A stretch of DNA of 39,723 nt from a virus (Duplodnaviria > Caudoviricetes), in the IMG/VR virus record IMGVR_UViG_3300048577_000433, positions 1 to 39,723 of that record, one strand, 5' to 3'. Numbering within the stretch: position 1 is the stretch's first letter; each line of letters starts with the position of its first letter. Position numbers and translations under genes: made by a program. This document shows positions 24,924 through 34,170 of the stretch, piece by piece. The notes beneath the pieces are model-generated. The model saw only the letters and a list, made by a program, of their open reading frames with translations. It was not told the origin of the DNA and did no database searches.

Positions 24924-25048
24924 CGCGTCGCAGCCTCGGCAAACGCCGGATCGGTGTCGAGCCGTTGCAGCAGCATCCGCCTCCCCGCCTCTTCTCCATG
25001 CTGATCCAAGCAGTTGAACACGTATGCAATCAATTCCGCTTCGCTCAT
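24866..25048 (-). CDS. Small hypothetical protein (60 aa)
   Basis: MSEAELIAYVFNCLDQHGEEAGRRMLL; AAGGGG RBS; the 3' end of the 586-aa shadow ORF. Confidence 0.5.
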   Translation of the reverse strand: MSEAELIAYVFNCLDQHGEEAGRRMLLQRLDTDPAFAEAATRYGLALERATAESLTAPRQ

Positions 25049-25222
25049 TAAATTCCCCTTTTTCTTGGCCCTGATGGCAATGCCCGCCAATCCTGTCAAT
25101 ACCCCAAAGTGGCCCGCCCGATACCCGCCCGAACCCCGTCCGATCCCCTGACGTGAGGTCCCTGTAAATCCAGGGGCTAGGCTCTCCCGCATCAGCCCAA
25201 TTCTGGGCAACGGGGGTCTGCC

Positions 25223-26095
25223 ATGGATCATGCCGACATTCTCCGGGATTTCCCGCTTGGGGTGTCTCTGCTCAAGGCAGAGGAGGGGTACAAGGACAAA
25301 CCCTATCGCTGTTCTCGCGGATTTTGGACTCTCGGCTATGGGTTCAATCTGGTTGCCCATGGTTTTGCCGAGGAAGATTTTGCGGGTTGGGTTTGGGATC
25401 GCGCGAAAGCGGAATCGATGCTCCTTGATGAGCTGGCGGATATTGTCGCCCTGCTCGACCGCCGTTTTCCGGCCTGGCGCGAAAAGCTTGATGCAGTCCG
25501 GGAAGCCGTCGTCCTGTCGTCGTTCTACCAACTCGGCGTCAACGGCGCTCTCGCCTTCAAGAACACCATCGCCATGGTTCAGGCCGGCGATTGGGAAGGG
25601 GCTGCCCAGGGCATCATGGCGTCCCGGTGGGCCAAACAGGACCCGGAGCGCGCGCAGCGCAACGCCGACGCCATGCGCACCGGAAATCTCCCGGAGGTGG
25701 TGCGCGGTGTCAGGATTTTTGCTCCCGAAACGGCTCCGGTCGTGGATGCAGCATTGGTTCAACCCGCGCCACGTGTGGTGCAGGCTGAAGGATTGCGGAA
25801 TCAGCAAGTCGACAGCGGACCGCTGGGCGGGCAGGTGGGAGCGGGTGTACCGGGCCTTGGGGCTCTGATCGCCGACATCTCCAAGCGCATCGGCAAGTCC
25901 CCGGCCGCCTACGGCGCCTCGGGCCTGTTCGCCATGCTGGTGGGCAACGTCCGGCTGAAGCTGGACTTGTGGGTTTTCGATCACGTCTACCACTTCGAGG
26001 ACGCCGGCGCGCTGGCCGCGGCGGTCGCTCTCGGCCTGGTCGCCTGGGGCCTGGCCCGCCACCCCGTTTGCGGCAAGGGGGGCCAGAATGCGTAA
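25223..26095 (+). CDS. Endolysin, T4-like lysozyme (GH24) with C-terminal hydrophobic extension
   Basis: E-x8-C-x5-T triad in EEGYKDKPYRCSRGFWTLGYG; SRWAKQDPERAQR. Confidence 0.9.
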   Translation: MDHADILRDFPLGVSLLKAEEGYKDKPYRCSRGFWTLGYGFNLVAHGFAEEDFAGWVWDRAKAESMLLDELADIVALLDRRFPAWREKLDAVREAVVLSSFYQLGVNGALAFKNTIAMVQAGDWEGAAQGIMASRWAKQDPERAQRNADAMRTGNLPEVVRGVRIFAPETAPVVDAALVQPAPRVVQAEGLRNQQVDSGPLGGQVGAGVPGLGALIADISKRIGKSPAAYGASGLFAMLVGNVRLKLDLWVFDHVYHFEDAGALAAAVALGLVAWGLARHPVCGKGGQNA

Positions 26096-26441
26096 GTTCC
26101 TTCTCCCTCTGCTCATCGTCTCCACTCTGTCCATGGCCGCATGTGCCAACCTGTCCACGTCCGGGGCCGGTCCATCCTCCGCCGGCCTCGGGCCGGATGG
26201 GCTTGAGGCCTCCGAATCCACGTCCACCCTGCCCGAACGGATCACGTCGGGCATTTCCTGGTTGTGGGCCTGCGTCGTGTCCCTGCGCGCCATGGGCGTG
26301 GGCTCCGGCCCCCTGGCCGAGTTGACCGCCACCATCACGGACATTTCCCGGCTGGCCCAAGGCGGCGACCTGGACGCGGCCCGGGAGCTTTTCAGCAAGG
26401 CATGGGCCATGGCCGTCTCGCTCAAAGGGGGTAAGGCGTGA
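26088..26441 (+). CDS. Lipoprotein in the lysis cassette (spanin-like)
   Basis: MRKFLLPLLIVSTLSMAAC lipobox. Confidence 0.65.
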   Translation: MRKFLLPLLIVSTLSMAACANLSTSGAGPSSAGLGPDGLEASESTSTLPERITSGISWLWACVVSLRAMGVGSGPLAELTATITDISRLAQGGDLDAARELFSKAWAMAVSLKGGKA

Positions 26442-26992
26442 TGGACCTGCAGACGTATCCCACCGTGCGGCCCAAGCTGGTTTCCGGCCATGTCGTGACC
26501 TTTGAAGGCTCGGACTTGCTGTCCCGGGCCATTCGCTTTTTTGCCCCGGGCGGATCGCACACGGCCATGGTGCTGCGCCTCGCCGACTGCGCGGACACGG
26601 TTTTCCTCATCGAGGCATTGGAGCATGGGCCGACGCTAACCCGCATGTCTCGCCGGATCAGCAACTACGATGGCCGTGTGCATATCCAGATGCCGGACCT
26701 GACCCGCACGCAGCAACGGGCGTTGACGGCCATGGCCCTGCGACTGCTCGGGGCCCGTGTCGGCTATGACTACCCGTCCCTTTTCGCCAACGTGCGTCGC
26801 CGAGTGGCCCTCAACATGCGCCGGGGATTTTGCAGCGAGACGGCGCAATACCTGCTGACCATGGCAGGCGTGATGCCGCCCCAGGCCGAGGCCATGACCC
26901 CCGGTGAACTGCGGCAGGCGCTTGGCCATGAGGTTACCTTGGCCGCCTACACGGCCGATTGCGAATCGGTCGAGGTCGGGGGTGTCGCATGA
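26438..26992 (+). CDS. Permuted papain-like (YiiX/NlpC-P60) amidase
   Basis: SHTAMV, LIEA, GYDY, FCSE in His-before-Cys order. Confidence 0.85.
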   Translation: MMDLQTYPTVRPKLVSGHVVTFEGSDLLSRAIRFFAPGGSHTAMVLRLADCADTVFLIEALEHGPTLTRMSRRISNYDGRVHIQMPDLTRTQQRALTAMALRLLGARVGYDYPSLFANVRRRVALNMRRGFCSETAQYLLTMAGVMPPQAEAMTPGELRQALGHEVTLAAYTADCESVEVGGVA

Positions 26993-27240
26993 GTGACCTG
27001 GACGTTGAACGGCTGGCGGAGGCCCTGGCCGAGAAGCTCCAGGACGGGAAATGCGGTCAGGCCTCATGCTGCGCAAAATGCAGCCTTACCCCGGAAGACC
27101 ATGCCGAGCAGCACCGCGCCATGTCCGGGGCCCTCAAGATGCGGTCGGTGGTGGTGGTCAAGATACTGGAATGGGGCGCCGTCGCCATCGTCGCGTGGGT
27201 TGCCATGCGGATGGGGTGGGTCAGCGCTCCCCGGCCGTAA
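26989..27240 (+). CDS. Small C-terminal TM protein (holin-like)
   Basis: ATGA coupling; ILEWGAVAIVAWVAMRMGWV. Confidence 0.55.
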   Translation: MSDLDVERLAEALAEKLQDGKCGQASCCAKCSLTPEDHAEQHRAMSGALKMRSVVVVKILEWGAVAIVAWVAMRMGWVSAPRP

Positions 27241-27513
27241 CAGCAACGCCAAAACCTCGCGGCGGCTTGCCCGAAACGACGGGCACAACCCCCGGCCGCC
27301 GATATGCCCGGGCATGCCACGTAAGCCCCGGGCGAACGGATAAACGGACGCCGATCAAAAGGGCACGGGCTCGACCGCTGGAAGCCTGGGTATAGCAGCG
27401 GAATACAAATCAAAGTCCCCAGGGTGAAGCACGGCAGGTCCGATATTTCGCGAGGCATACGGCACAGGACGGATCAGGGCGTTTTTTCCCCTTTCGGGGG
27501 AGAGGTGTACGTG

Positions 27514-28089
27514 ATGAGTGGGAAAAGCGGCGGTCTGAACAAAAAGCAGCAGCGTTTCGTTGAGGAGTACATTGTGGACCTCAACGCCACGCAAGCCGCT
27601 ATCCGCGCCGGTTACAGCGCCAAGACCGCCTATCGGATCGGTCACGACCTCCTTCAGAAAACGTCAGTTTCCGACGCGATACAGGCGGCCATGGCCGAGC
27701 GGTCCGAGCGGACCCAAATCACGGCCGACGAGGTTCTCAAGGAGCTGGCCCGCATTGCGTTTTCCGACATTCGCAAAGCGGCCACGTTCGGGCCTGCTGG
27801 CGTCACGATTCGGTCTTCCGCCGAGCTTGACGACGCCACGGCCGCGGCCATCTCCGAGGTCAGCGAGACCACTACGCAGTTCGGGGGCTCCCGCAAGGTC
27901 AAACTGCACGACAAGGTGAAGGCCCTGGAGCTGGCCGGCCGCCACCTGGGCCTGTTCGAGAAGGACAAGGGCCCGGGCGCGGCCGTCCTGAACTTCATCA
28001 GCATGTGCCCCGAGCCGGCCCCGCTGCCGGATGAGTTCAAGCCACCGGACCCGGATGATGCCCAGGACTCCCAGGAGGGCCAGGGATGA
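27514..28089 (+). CDS. terS: Terminase small subunit
   Basis: LNKKQQRFVEEYIVDLNATQAAIRAGYS...DKVKALELAGRHLGLF. Confidence 0.95.
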   Translation: MSGKSGGLNKKQQRFVEEYIVDLNATQAAIRAGYSAKTAYRIGHDLLQKTSVSDAIQAAMAERSERTQITADEVLKELARIAFSDIRKAATFGPAGVTIRSSAELDDATAAAISEVSETTTQFGGSRKVKLHDKVKALELAGRHLGLFEKDKGPGAAVLNFISMCPEPAPLPDEFKPPDPDDAQDSQEGQG

Positions 28090-29465
28090 ATGTCCAGGCC
28101 GAATACCGTCCCTTGCCGAAGCAAGCGGCTCTGCACGCCAGCCCGGCCAATGAGGTCCTGTACGGCGGAGCCGCCGGCCCGGGCAAAAGCCATGCCCTGC
28201 GCATGGAGGGTCTGCACTGGTGCCTGCGCATCCCAGGCCTGCGGGCGTACCTGTTCCGCCGGACCTTCCCCGAGCTGGAACAGAATCACATCCTGCCCTC
28301 CCAGGCCCATTTCCCCATGGGCGTCGGCACATTCAAGGCCCAGGCCAAAAGGTGGGACTTCGTCAATGGTTCGCGCCTCTTCTTCGCCTCGTGCCAGTAC
28401 GAACAGGACGTGTTTCGCTATCAGGGCGCGGAGATCCATCTGCTCCTCATCGATGAGCTGACCACGTTCACAGAGTTCCAATACGACTACCTGCGCGGCC
28501 GCCTGCGCTGCGCCTTGGTCATTCCCGAGCAGTACCGCCATAAAATCCCGGGCATCTCCTGCGCGTCAAACCCTGGCGGGGTGGGTCATGCGTTTGCCAA
28601 GCGGCGCTGGGTGGATTTTGTCCGGCCGATGGAGCTCAAGCGTGCCGCCCAGGATGAAGGCGGCATGTTGCGCACCTACATTCCCGGCCTGCTCCAGGAC
28701 AACCCGATCCTGATGCAGCGTGACCCTGGCTATATGGCGCGACTGGATGCCCTCCCGGAGCCGTACCGCTCGGCCTACAAGGACGGTCGCTGGGACATCT
28801 TCATCGGCCAAGCCTTCGAGTTCAACCGCTCGCGCCATGTCGTCAAGCCGATGCCGATCCCGGAGCACGCGCCCCTCTACATGACGTTCGACTGGGGCTA
28901 CGGCGCGCCGTTCTCCTTGGGCTGGTGGTGGGAGGATGCCGACGGCCGGCTTTATCGTTTCGGCGAGTGGTACGGATGGAACGGCACGCCCAACCAGGGC
29001 CTGCGGCTCGTGGATTCCGAGATTGCCCGGGGCATCCTGCAGCGGGAGGAAAGGTGGGGGCTGAAGGGGCGTCCCATTGTCCGTCTTGCCGGGCCGGACT
29101 GCTTCGCCAAGAAGCCCGACTATCGCGGGGGCGGCCAGGGACCGAGCACGGCCGAGCAGTTCGCCGAAGGCGGGGTGGACAAGCTGACGCCTGGCGATCC
29201 GTCGCGCGTGGCCAAGATTCGTCGTTTTCGGGAGCGGCTGAAGCTGCCGGCTGACAACAGCGCGCCCATGCTCCAAGTCTACGAGTCCTGCGAGCAGTTC
29301 ATCCGAACCATCCCCTTGCTCCAGATCGATCCCCTGAACGTCGAAGACATCGACACCAAGGGCGAGGACCACATCTACGACGAAGCCTGTCACATCTGCA
29401 TGTTGCGCGCTCCGGCGGCTGACGGCCTGACCGCCGGGACAAATTGGGGAAGGAGGTCATCATGA
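28086..29465 (+). CDS. terL: Terminase large subunit
   Basis: Walker A YGGAAGPGKS, Walker B LLLIDE, ASNPGG, nuclease TFDWG and EDHIYDE. Confidence 0.95.
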   Translation: MNVQAEYRPLPKQAALHASPANEVLYGGAAGPGKSHALRMEGLHWCLRIPGLRAYLFRRTFPELEQNHILPSQAHFPMGVGTFKAQAKRWDFVNGSRLFFASCQYEQDVFRYQGAEIHLLLIDELTTFTEFQYDYLRGRLRCALVIPEQYRHKIPGISCASNPGGVGHAFAKRRWVDFVRPMELKRAAQDEGGMLRTYIPGLLQDNPILMQRDPGYMARLDALPEPYRSAYKDGRWDIFIGQAFEFNRSRHVVKPMPIPEHAPLYMTFDWGYGAPFSLGWWWEDADGRLYRFGEWYGWNGTPNQGLRLVDSEIARGILQREERWGLKGRPIVRLAGPDCFAKKPDYRGGGQGPSTAEQFAEGGVDKLTPGDPSRVAKIRRFRERLKLPADNSAPMLQVYESCEQFIRTIPLLQIDPLNVEDIDTKGEDHIYDEACHICMLRAPAADGLTAGTNWGRRSS

Positions 29466-29683
29466 GCTGCGGCACAGCACAGGCGGCGGTTCGATTGGCG
29501 GGCCTGGGCCCGTATGTCGATCTGGGCGACGATGTCACGCTCTGCTTCATCTCGAACCGGGCATATCGGACATGCTCGGACTGCGGGACCGTGTTCGTCG
29601 TATCGACCTGGGTCGGAGCTGGCGCGGGGCGCTGCCCGTTCTGCAGGGGGGCCATGACGCGGCCGGCCAGGGAGGAGCAATGA
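29462..29683 (+). CDS. Small zinc-ribbon protein
   Basis: CSDCG...CPFCR; ATGA coupling at both ends. Confidence 0.6.
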   Translation: MSCGTAQAAVRLAGLGPYVDLGDDVTLCFISNRAYRTCSDCGTVFVVSTWVGAGAGRCPFCRGAMTRPAREEQ

Positions 29684-29919
29684 ACGTCCGCGCGTCGGGC
29701 CGCACATCGTCGCACGATGCTCCTCCTCAAGATGCTTCAGGCCCTGAGTGGGGTGGCGTTGATTACTCCCCAAAGTACGCCGCCGGGCGTTGTCCTCGTT
29801 GTGGGGCCTTGGTCAAGGCCTACAACCGGGAACCATGGCTGGGCGCGCTCAGGATTCGGCATCACCGGTGCGGGTGCGGCGCGAGCTTCAAGAGCATCCA
29901 GCAAGACCCTGTCGCGTAG
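29680..29919 (+). CDS. Small zinc-ribbon protein (Ogr/NrdR-N-like)
   Basis: CPRCG...IRHHRCGCGASFKS; GGAGG RBS. Confidence 0.6.
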   Translation: MNVRASGRTSSHDAPPQDASGPEWGGVDYSPKYAAGRCPRCGALVKAYNREPWLGALRIRHHRCGCGASFKSIQQDPVA

Positions 29920-29998
29920 CTTCAAGCGGCAACCCTGCTCATACCGCCTGCGGTATCGACTCTCTTTCCTTATCCAGAAATTCCGCTTTCATGGGCCT

Positions 29999-30802
29999 AT
30001 GCCCCGTGTCCACCAAATCCACCTCCCTGGCCGCGACGTCGGCCCCGCGAACCGGCAGATAGACCGGATCGAGGGGACCACGACGCTGGCGGTCCCGCCC
30101 TCGACGGTCTGGCGAGACAGCGTCACCGGGGCCGAATACGCGGCCCTGGCCGGCGGCCTCGCCTGGCCGGCCCATCCTGCCCCTGGTGCGCTGGTCGTCC
30201 TCGGCCTGCGATGGTCCCCGGGTGACCGGCGCACCTATCATGCCCTTACTGAGGTGGTTCACGACAATTTGGACGAACTCCTCAAAAGGTATCTGGCGCT
30301 GTCGGACACGTGGGTTCTTGATGATCCGGGAAAATGGTTTGGGCCGTACGGCATGGACAAGGATGAGGAACCAGACCCCTACTATTCGTATTCTCTCGTC
30401 TCGTGTCAGGCCTTGGGCAAACTGTTCCTTCTCACCGATTTGGCGTGGCAGCAAAAGGACCGATGGCGTGTCTACTGCCAGCGCATTTCCGACGCCATTG
30501 GCCCGTCCGGCTCTCTATACCCCGAGGGCTTGCCCGGGGTCATGGCCGAGGGCACGCGGTTCACGACCACGTGGCGCGGCGGCGTCCTGCCCGATCCCGC
30601 GCAATTCCCGTTGATGGCGGCCCTGGGCCGCGCCCTGGAGGGCCTGGACTTGGTCCAGCCGCTCCGCGACCTCGTGACCGTCCCTGGCCAAGCCTACGGC
30701 GACCCCTGGGACGATGCCGCCCGGGGCACGCACACGCCGGCCCCCGGCGAGCTCCTGCCCACCATCCCTGATTTCGATGCCCTCACGGAGGTAATCTCGT
30801 GA
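29999..30802 (+). CDS. Hypothetical protein, possible RNase H-like fold
   Basis: ALAGGLAWP...GALVVLG...YHALTEV...LDELL; start uncertain. Confidence 0.55.
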   Translation: MPRVHQIHLPGRDVGPANRQIDRIEGTTTLAVPPSTVWRDSVTGAEYAALAGGLAWPAHPAPGALVVLGLRWSPGDRRTYHALTEVVHDNLDELLKRYLALSDTWVLDDPGKWFGPYGMDKDEEPDPYYSYSLVSCQALGKLFLLTDLAWQQKDRWRVYCQRISDAIGPSGSLYPEGLPGVMAEGTRFTTTWRGGVLPDPAQFPLMAALGRALEGLDLVQPLRDLVTVPGQAYGDPWDDAARGTHTPAPGELLPTIPDFDALTEVIS

Positions 30803-31020
30803 CCGTGATTCCCCTGCCGCTCTGGCAGTTCGTAGCCATGGCCCTGGGCCTCGTGGCGCTCCTTGCGGGGGCGCTGCTGCTCGGCTGGCGTCTCGGCCGG
30901 GAGAGCGTGCAACGGCCGATGTGGCTGACCACGGCCCCCCTGCCCCGGCCTACGGCCGCCGAGCTGCTTCCAGGGAATGATCCCTGGGCCGAGGCCATGG
31001 GCCGTGGGGGTGACGCATGA
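30799..31020 (+). CDS. Small single-TM protein
   Basis: LWQFVAMALGLVALLAGALLLGWRLG; coupled start and stop. Confidence 0.65.
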   Translation: MTVIPLPLWQFVAMALGLVALLAGALLLGWRLGRESVQRPMWLTTAPLPRPTAAELLPGNDPWAEAMGRGGDA

Positions 31021-31466
31021 GCCTGGTTCTCGTGTGTGAGATGTGCGGCACCAACCTCGGCACGTTCGATCCCGAGGGCTTGGCCATGCCGCTGGCCGGG
31101 GCCATGTTCTCCCCCCTGGGGCCGGGATTCGCGCCGCCGTTCGACCAGGCCGCGCCCTGGGAATTCCTGCTGTGCCCCATGTGCCTCAAGCGGGCCATGG
31201 GATGGGACATGAGCGCGCCGGATATGGTGCGCCCGGACCGCCTGTTGACCACGGACGGCTACTGGATCGTCGGTGAGGGCCTGGAGACGCCGCCGCCGGC
31301 GCCCTACGTCCACGACTCGGAGGAGCTGGCCAGGGAGTGGGAGCAGGCCGAGGCGGCGCGCGAGGCGGCTCGGCAGAAGCCGACGGCGGCACACGCGCAG
31401 CCGGCCACGCAGGCCCCGGCCTCGGACCCGGTTCCGGCCCCAGCCAAGCGCAAGGGCAGGCGGTAG
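31017..31466 (+). CDS. Hypothetical zinc-binding protein
   Basis: CEMC...CPMC; coupled start. Confidence 0.65.
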   Translation: MSLVLVCEMCGTNLGTFDPEGLAMPLAGAMFSPLGPGFAPPFDQAAPWEFLLCPMCLKRAMGWDMSAPDMVRPDRLLTTDGYWIVGEGLETPPPAPYVHDSEELAREWEQAEAAREAARQKPTAAHAQPATQAPASDPVPAPAKRKGRR

Positions 31467-31469
31467 GCC

Positions 31470-33773
31470 ATGGCCGACGACGTCTCCCCCAACATCCTCC
31501 CGCCGGCAGACCGGCCCAAGGACGTCGCAAAAGCGGTCCTGGGCCTTTTCCTCGACTGCATGGCTGACAGGGAAGCCAAAGGGCTGCCGGCGCGCTGGAA
31601 CCGCAACTACCGCCTGGGCCAAGGCGTGCATTGGGAACGCACGCCCAGGCAGGCCGGCGTGCCCCTGACCACGGCCAATCTGCTGCACCTGCACCGGACA
31701 CGCACGGTCAACACCCTCACCAACAACAACCCCACGTTCAACGTCTACCGGGTGGGGCCGGAGGGTGATGAGGACGTGTTTCAGACCATCGAACGGCTGG
31801 CCACGTACTGGTGGAGCGAGCAGGAGCAGCAAGCCGTTTTTGAGACCTCCGTCATCAATGGCGAGACCTACGGCGTGGCCGTGGAAAAAACCATCTTCGA
31901 TCCGACGCTTGAGGGCATCGGCGAGGTCCAAACCGTCACCATCGAGCCATGGTACTTCGGGATGCACCCCGTGGATACTCGGGACATCCAAGCGGCCAAC
32001 GCCAATCTGCACTTTCAAAGCATGGACATCAGGGAGGCACGCCGACGCTGGCCTAAGTTCGCTGACAAAATCAAGACAGATGCCCAAATCCTGGAGCAGG
32101 TCAACGACACCCGCAACGAGGTGATGACCGGTTCCGCATCGTCCGGTTTGCTCATGCGTTTCGCTGGGGCTGTTCGTTCCTTCTTCTCGGGGCCAGCTTC
32201 GAACCAGTCCAACGGCCAACAGGACCGGGTGTTGATCATCGAGTGTTGGGCCAAAGACTACACCATGACGGACACGGGTCCGCTCTACCCTGGATTTATC
32301 CGCTGCGTGACCGTGTGCAACGCTGGGACGCTGGTGCTGGACGACCGGGGCAATCCGTCCATCAACCCGACCATGGATGCAGTTGAGGCGTCAAAAACAT
32401 GGTTGTTCGACAAATTTCCGTTCAGTCTAGCCGTCTCGAACATCGATCCCGCCAGCGCATGGGGATCATCCGACTTCGACCAGCTGGCCAGCCTGCAGAT
32501 GGAAATCAACAAGTGCCTGTCCCAAATCACTTACCACAAGGACCAGGCGGCCCGGCCAAAGATCATCAACCCCCGTGACTCGGGCGTTCCCAATGAGGCG
32601 TTCTCGAACCGCTTGGGCATCATCAACCCGGTTTCGGCCGCGCTGTCCCAGGCCATCCGCTACATGGAGTTCCCGAACAATACCCAGGACATCCAGGCCG
32701 TCATGGGCATCTACAAGGAACTCTTACTCCAGATTGCCGCCACCTTCGACCTGGAGCGCGGGGACACCCCGGGCCAGAGCGTCATAGCCTACAAGGCCCT
32801 GGCCGCCCTCATCGAGCAGGCTTCCACGATGATGGCCGGCAAGATTCGGCATTACTCGCGCCTCATTCGTGACAGGGGGCGCATGTACCTGTCCCACGTC
32901 CAGAACTGGTACACCGAGGAGCGGTGGATCAGCTTTTCCGACGCCGACGGCCGCACCACGCCGATGTCGATCAACGGCAAGATGATGCGCGTCCCGGCCC
33001 GCCTGACCGTTGTCAACGGCTCCACCATGCCGGTCTCGAAGATCCAGCAGCGCGAAGAGGCCTTGGAGCTGTTCCGCGAGCAGGCCATCGACCGGCAGGA
33101 ACTTCTGGAAAAGCTTGAATACTCCAACACCCGCGAGGTGGTCGCCCGTATGGCCGCCGTCCCGGCCGAGCAGGTGGTGCAAAACCTCGTTGTCGCCGGC
33201 CTCCTTTCTCCCGAGGCCGCCGGCCAGGCCGCCCAGGTCGGGGCCATGGACCCGAAGGACCTGGCCAAGGCCGTGGAGTCCGGCGAGCTCAAGCCGGCGC
33301 CCCCGGCCAGCCCGGGCCAGCCCCAGAGGCCGAGTCCCGAAGAGCAGGCCGCCGCCCATGCCCAAGCTCTCGAACTTGAGAAGGGGCAGATCGACAACGC
33401 GAAGGGCCAGGCCGAAATCGAAAAGCTACAGGCAGAAAAGACACGCCTGGAGGCCGACGCCAAGCGTCTTGAGGCCGAGGCCGCCAAGATCGCCGCCGAT
33501 GCCGCGATGGTCAGCCAACGCGACGCACGCGAAGCGGCGGCGCACCAGTTGTCCACCGTCGAGACCGTGGGTCGCATTCAGCGCGAGGCCGACGGCCATC
33601 AGCACAAGATGTCCATGGACCAAACCGAAGCTGAGCGCAGGGCCGCCGAAACTGATGCCAAGACCAGGGCCGCAGAAGCTGCAGCCTCGCCCCCGTCGCC
33701 CCCATCCCAGGAACCCCAACCCGTAACGCCGCCCCCGAGCGGCCCCGAGGGAGGCATCAATGCCGCTTTATGA
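31470..33773 (+). CDS. Portal protein (P22-like, long C-terminal coiled coil)
   Basis: 767 aa; position between terL and scaffold; FPFS...WGSSDFDQLASLQMEINK; helical barrel-like C-terminus. Confidence 0.85.
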   Translation: MADDVSPNILPPADRPKDVAKAVLGLFLDCMADREAKGLPARWNRNYRLGQGVHWERTPRQAGVPLTTANLLHLHRTRTVNTLTNNNPTFNVYRVGPEGDEDVFQTIERLATYWWSEQEQQAVFETSVINGETYGVAVEKTIFDPTLEGIGEVQTVTIEPWYFGMHPVDTRDIQAANANLHFQSMDIREARRRWPKFADKIKTDAQILEQVNDTRNEVMTGSASSGLLMRFAGAVRSFFSGPASNQSNGQQDRVLIIECWAKDYTMTDTGPLYPGFIRCVTVCNAGTLVLDDRGNPSINPTMDAVEASKTWLFDKFPFSLAVSNIDPASAWGSSDFDQLASLQMEINKCLSQITYHKDQAARPKIINPRDSGVPNEAFSNRLGIINPVSAALSQAIRYMEFPNNTQDIQAVMGIYKELLLQIAATFDLERGDTPGQSVIAYKALAALIEQASTMMAGKIRHYSRLIRDRGRMYLSHVQNWYTEERWISFSDADGRTTPMSINGKMMRVPARLTVVNGSTMPVSKIQQREEALELFREQAIDRQELLEKLEYSNTREVVARMAAVPAEQVVQNLVVAGLLSPEAAGQAAQVGAMDPKDLAKAVESGELKPAPPASPGQPQRPSPEEQAAAHAQALELEKGQIDNAKGQAEIEKLQAEKTRLEADAKRLEAEAAKIAADAAMVSQRDAREAAAHQLSTVETVGRIQREADGHQHKMSMDQTEAERRAAETDAKTRAAEAAASPPSPPSQEPQPVTPPPSGPEGGINAAL

Positions 33774-34146
33774 TTTCGCGTGCTCGGCGTGTGGCCGCGT
33801 GACCGAACTCCTCGCGCCCATGGATCAGCTTATTGCCGCATGTCCGGTCTGCCGTAGCCCGGCTGATCGGATCATTTCCGGCCGGTCCGCATACCGCAGT
33901 GATGCCGACTGGGTGGCGTCCTGCGTGGTCGGATTCGATCCCGAGGACACCCGCCCTGCGGTGCGCGCGTATTTCGCCAATCCGAACGACCGGCATGTCC
34001 TGGCCCGGGCCATGCGCGTCGCCGGAATCCGCCACAAGGATCATGGCGAAGACGCCGCGGCCAAGCTCGCGCGTTCGGCGATGATGAACATGGAGCCGGT
34101 CACGCGCGAGGTCATGGAGCGACACAAGGCCCGTCACGGCCGATAA
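33760..34146 (+). CDS. FmdB-family zinc-ribbon protein
   Basis: MPLYDFACSACG...CPVC...RIIS. Confidence 0.85.
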   Translation: MPLYDFACSACGRVTELLAPMDQLIAACPVCRSPADRIISGRSAYRSDADWVASCVVGFDPEDTRPAVRAYFANPNDRHVLARAMRVAGIRHKDHGEDAAAKLARSAMMNMEPVTREVMERHKARHGR

Positions 34147-34170
34147 CCCATAGCCACAGGAGAGGATTCG

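Noticed and set aside
24866-26626. 586-aa minus-strand ORF
   Set aside because: Antisense shadow of the lysis genes in GC-rich DNA; only the last 60 codons have an RBS and protein-like composition.
27241-27510. Intergenic region before terS as a pac site or ncRNA
   Set aside because: Some GC hairpins are present, but there is no recognisable motif to support a specific call.
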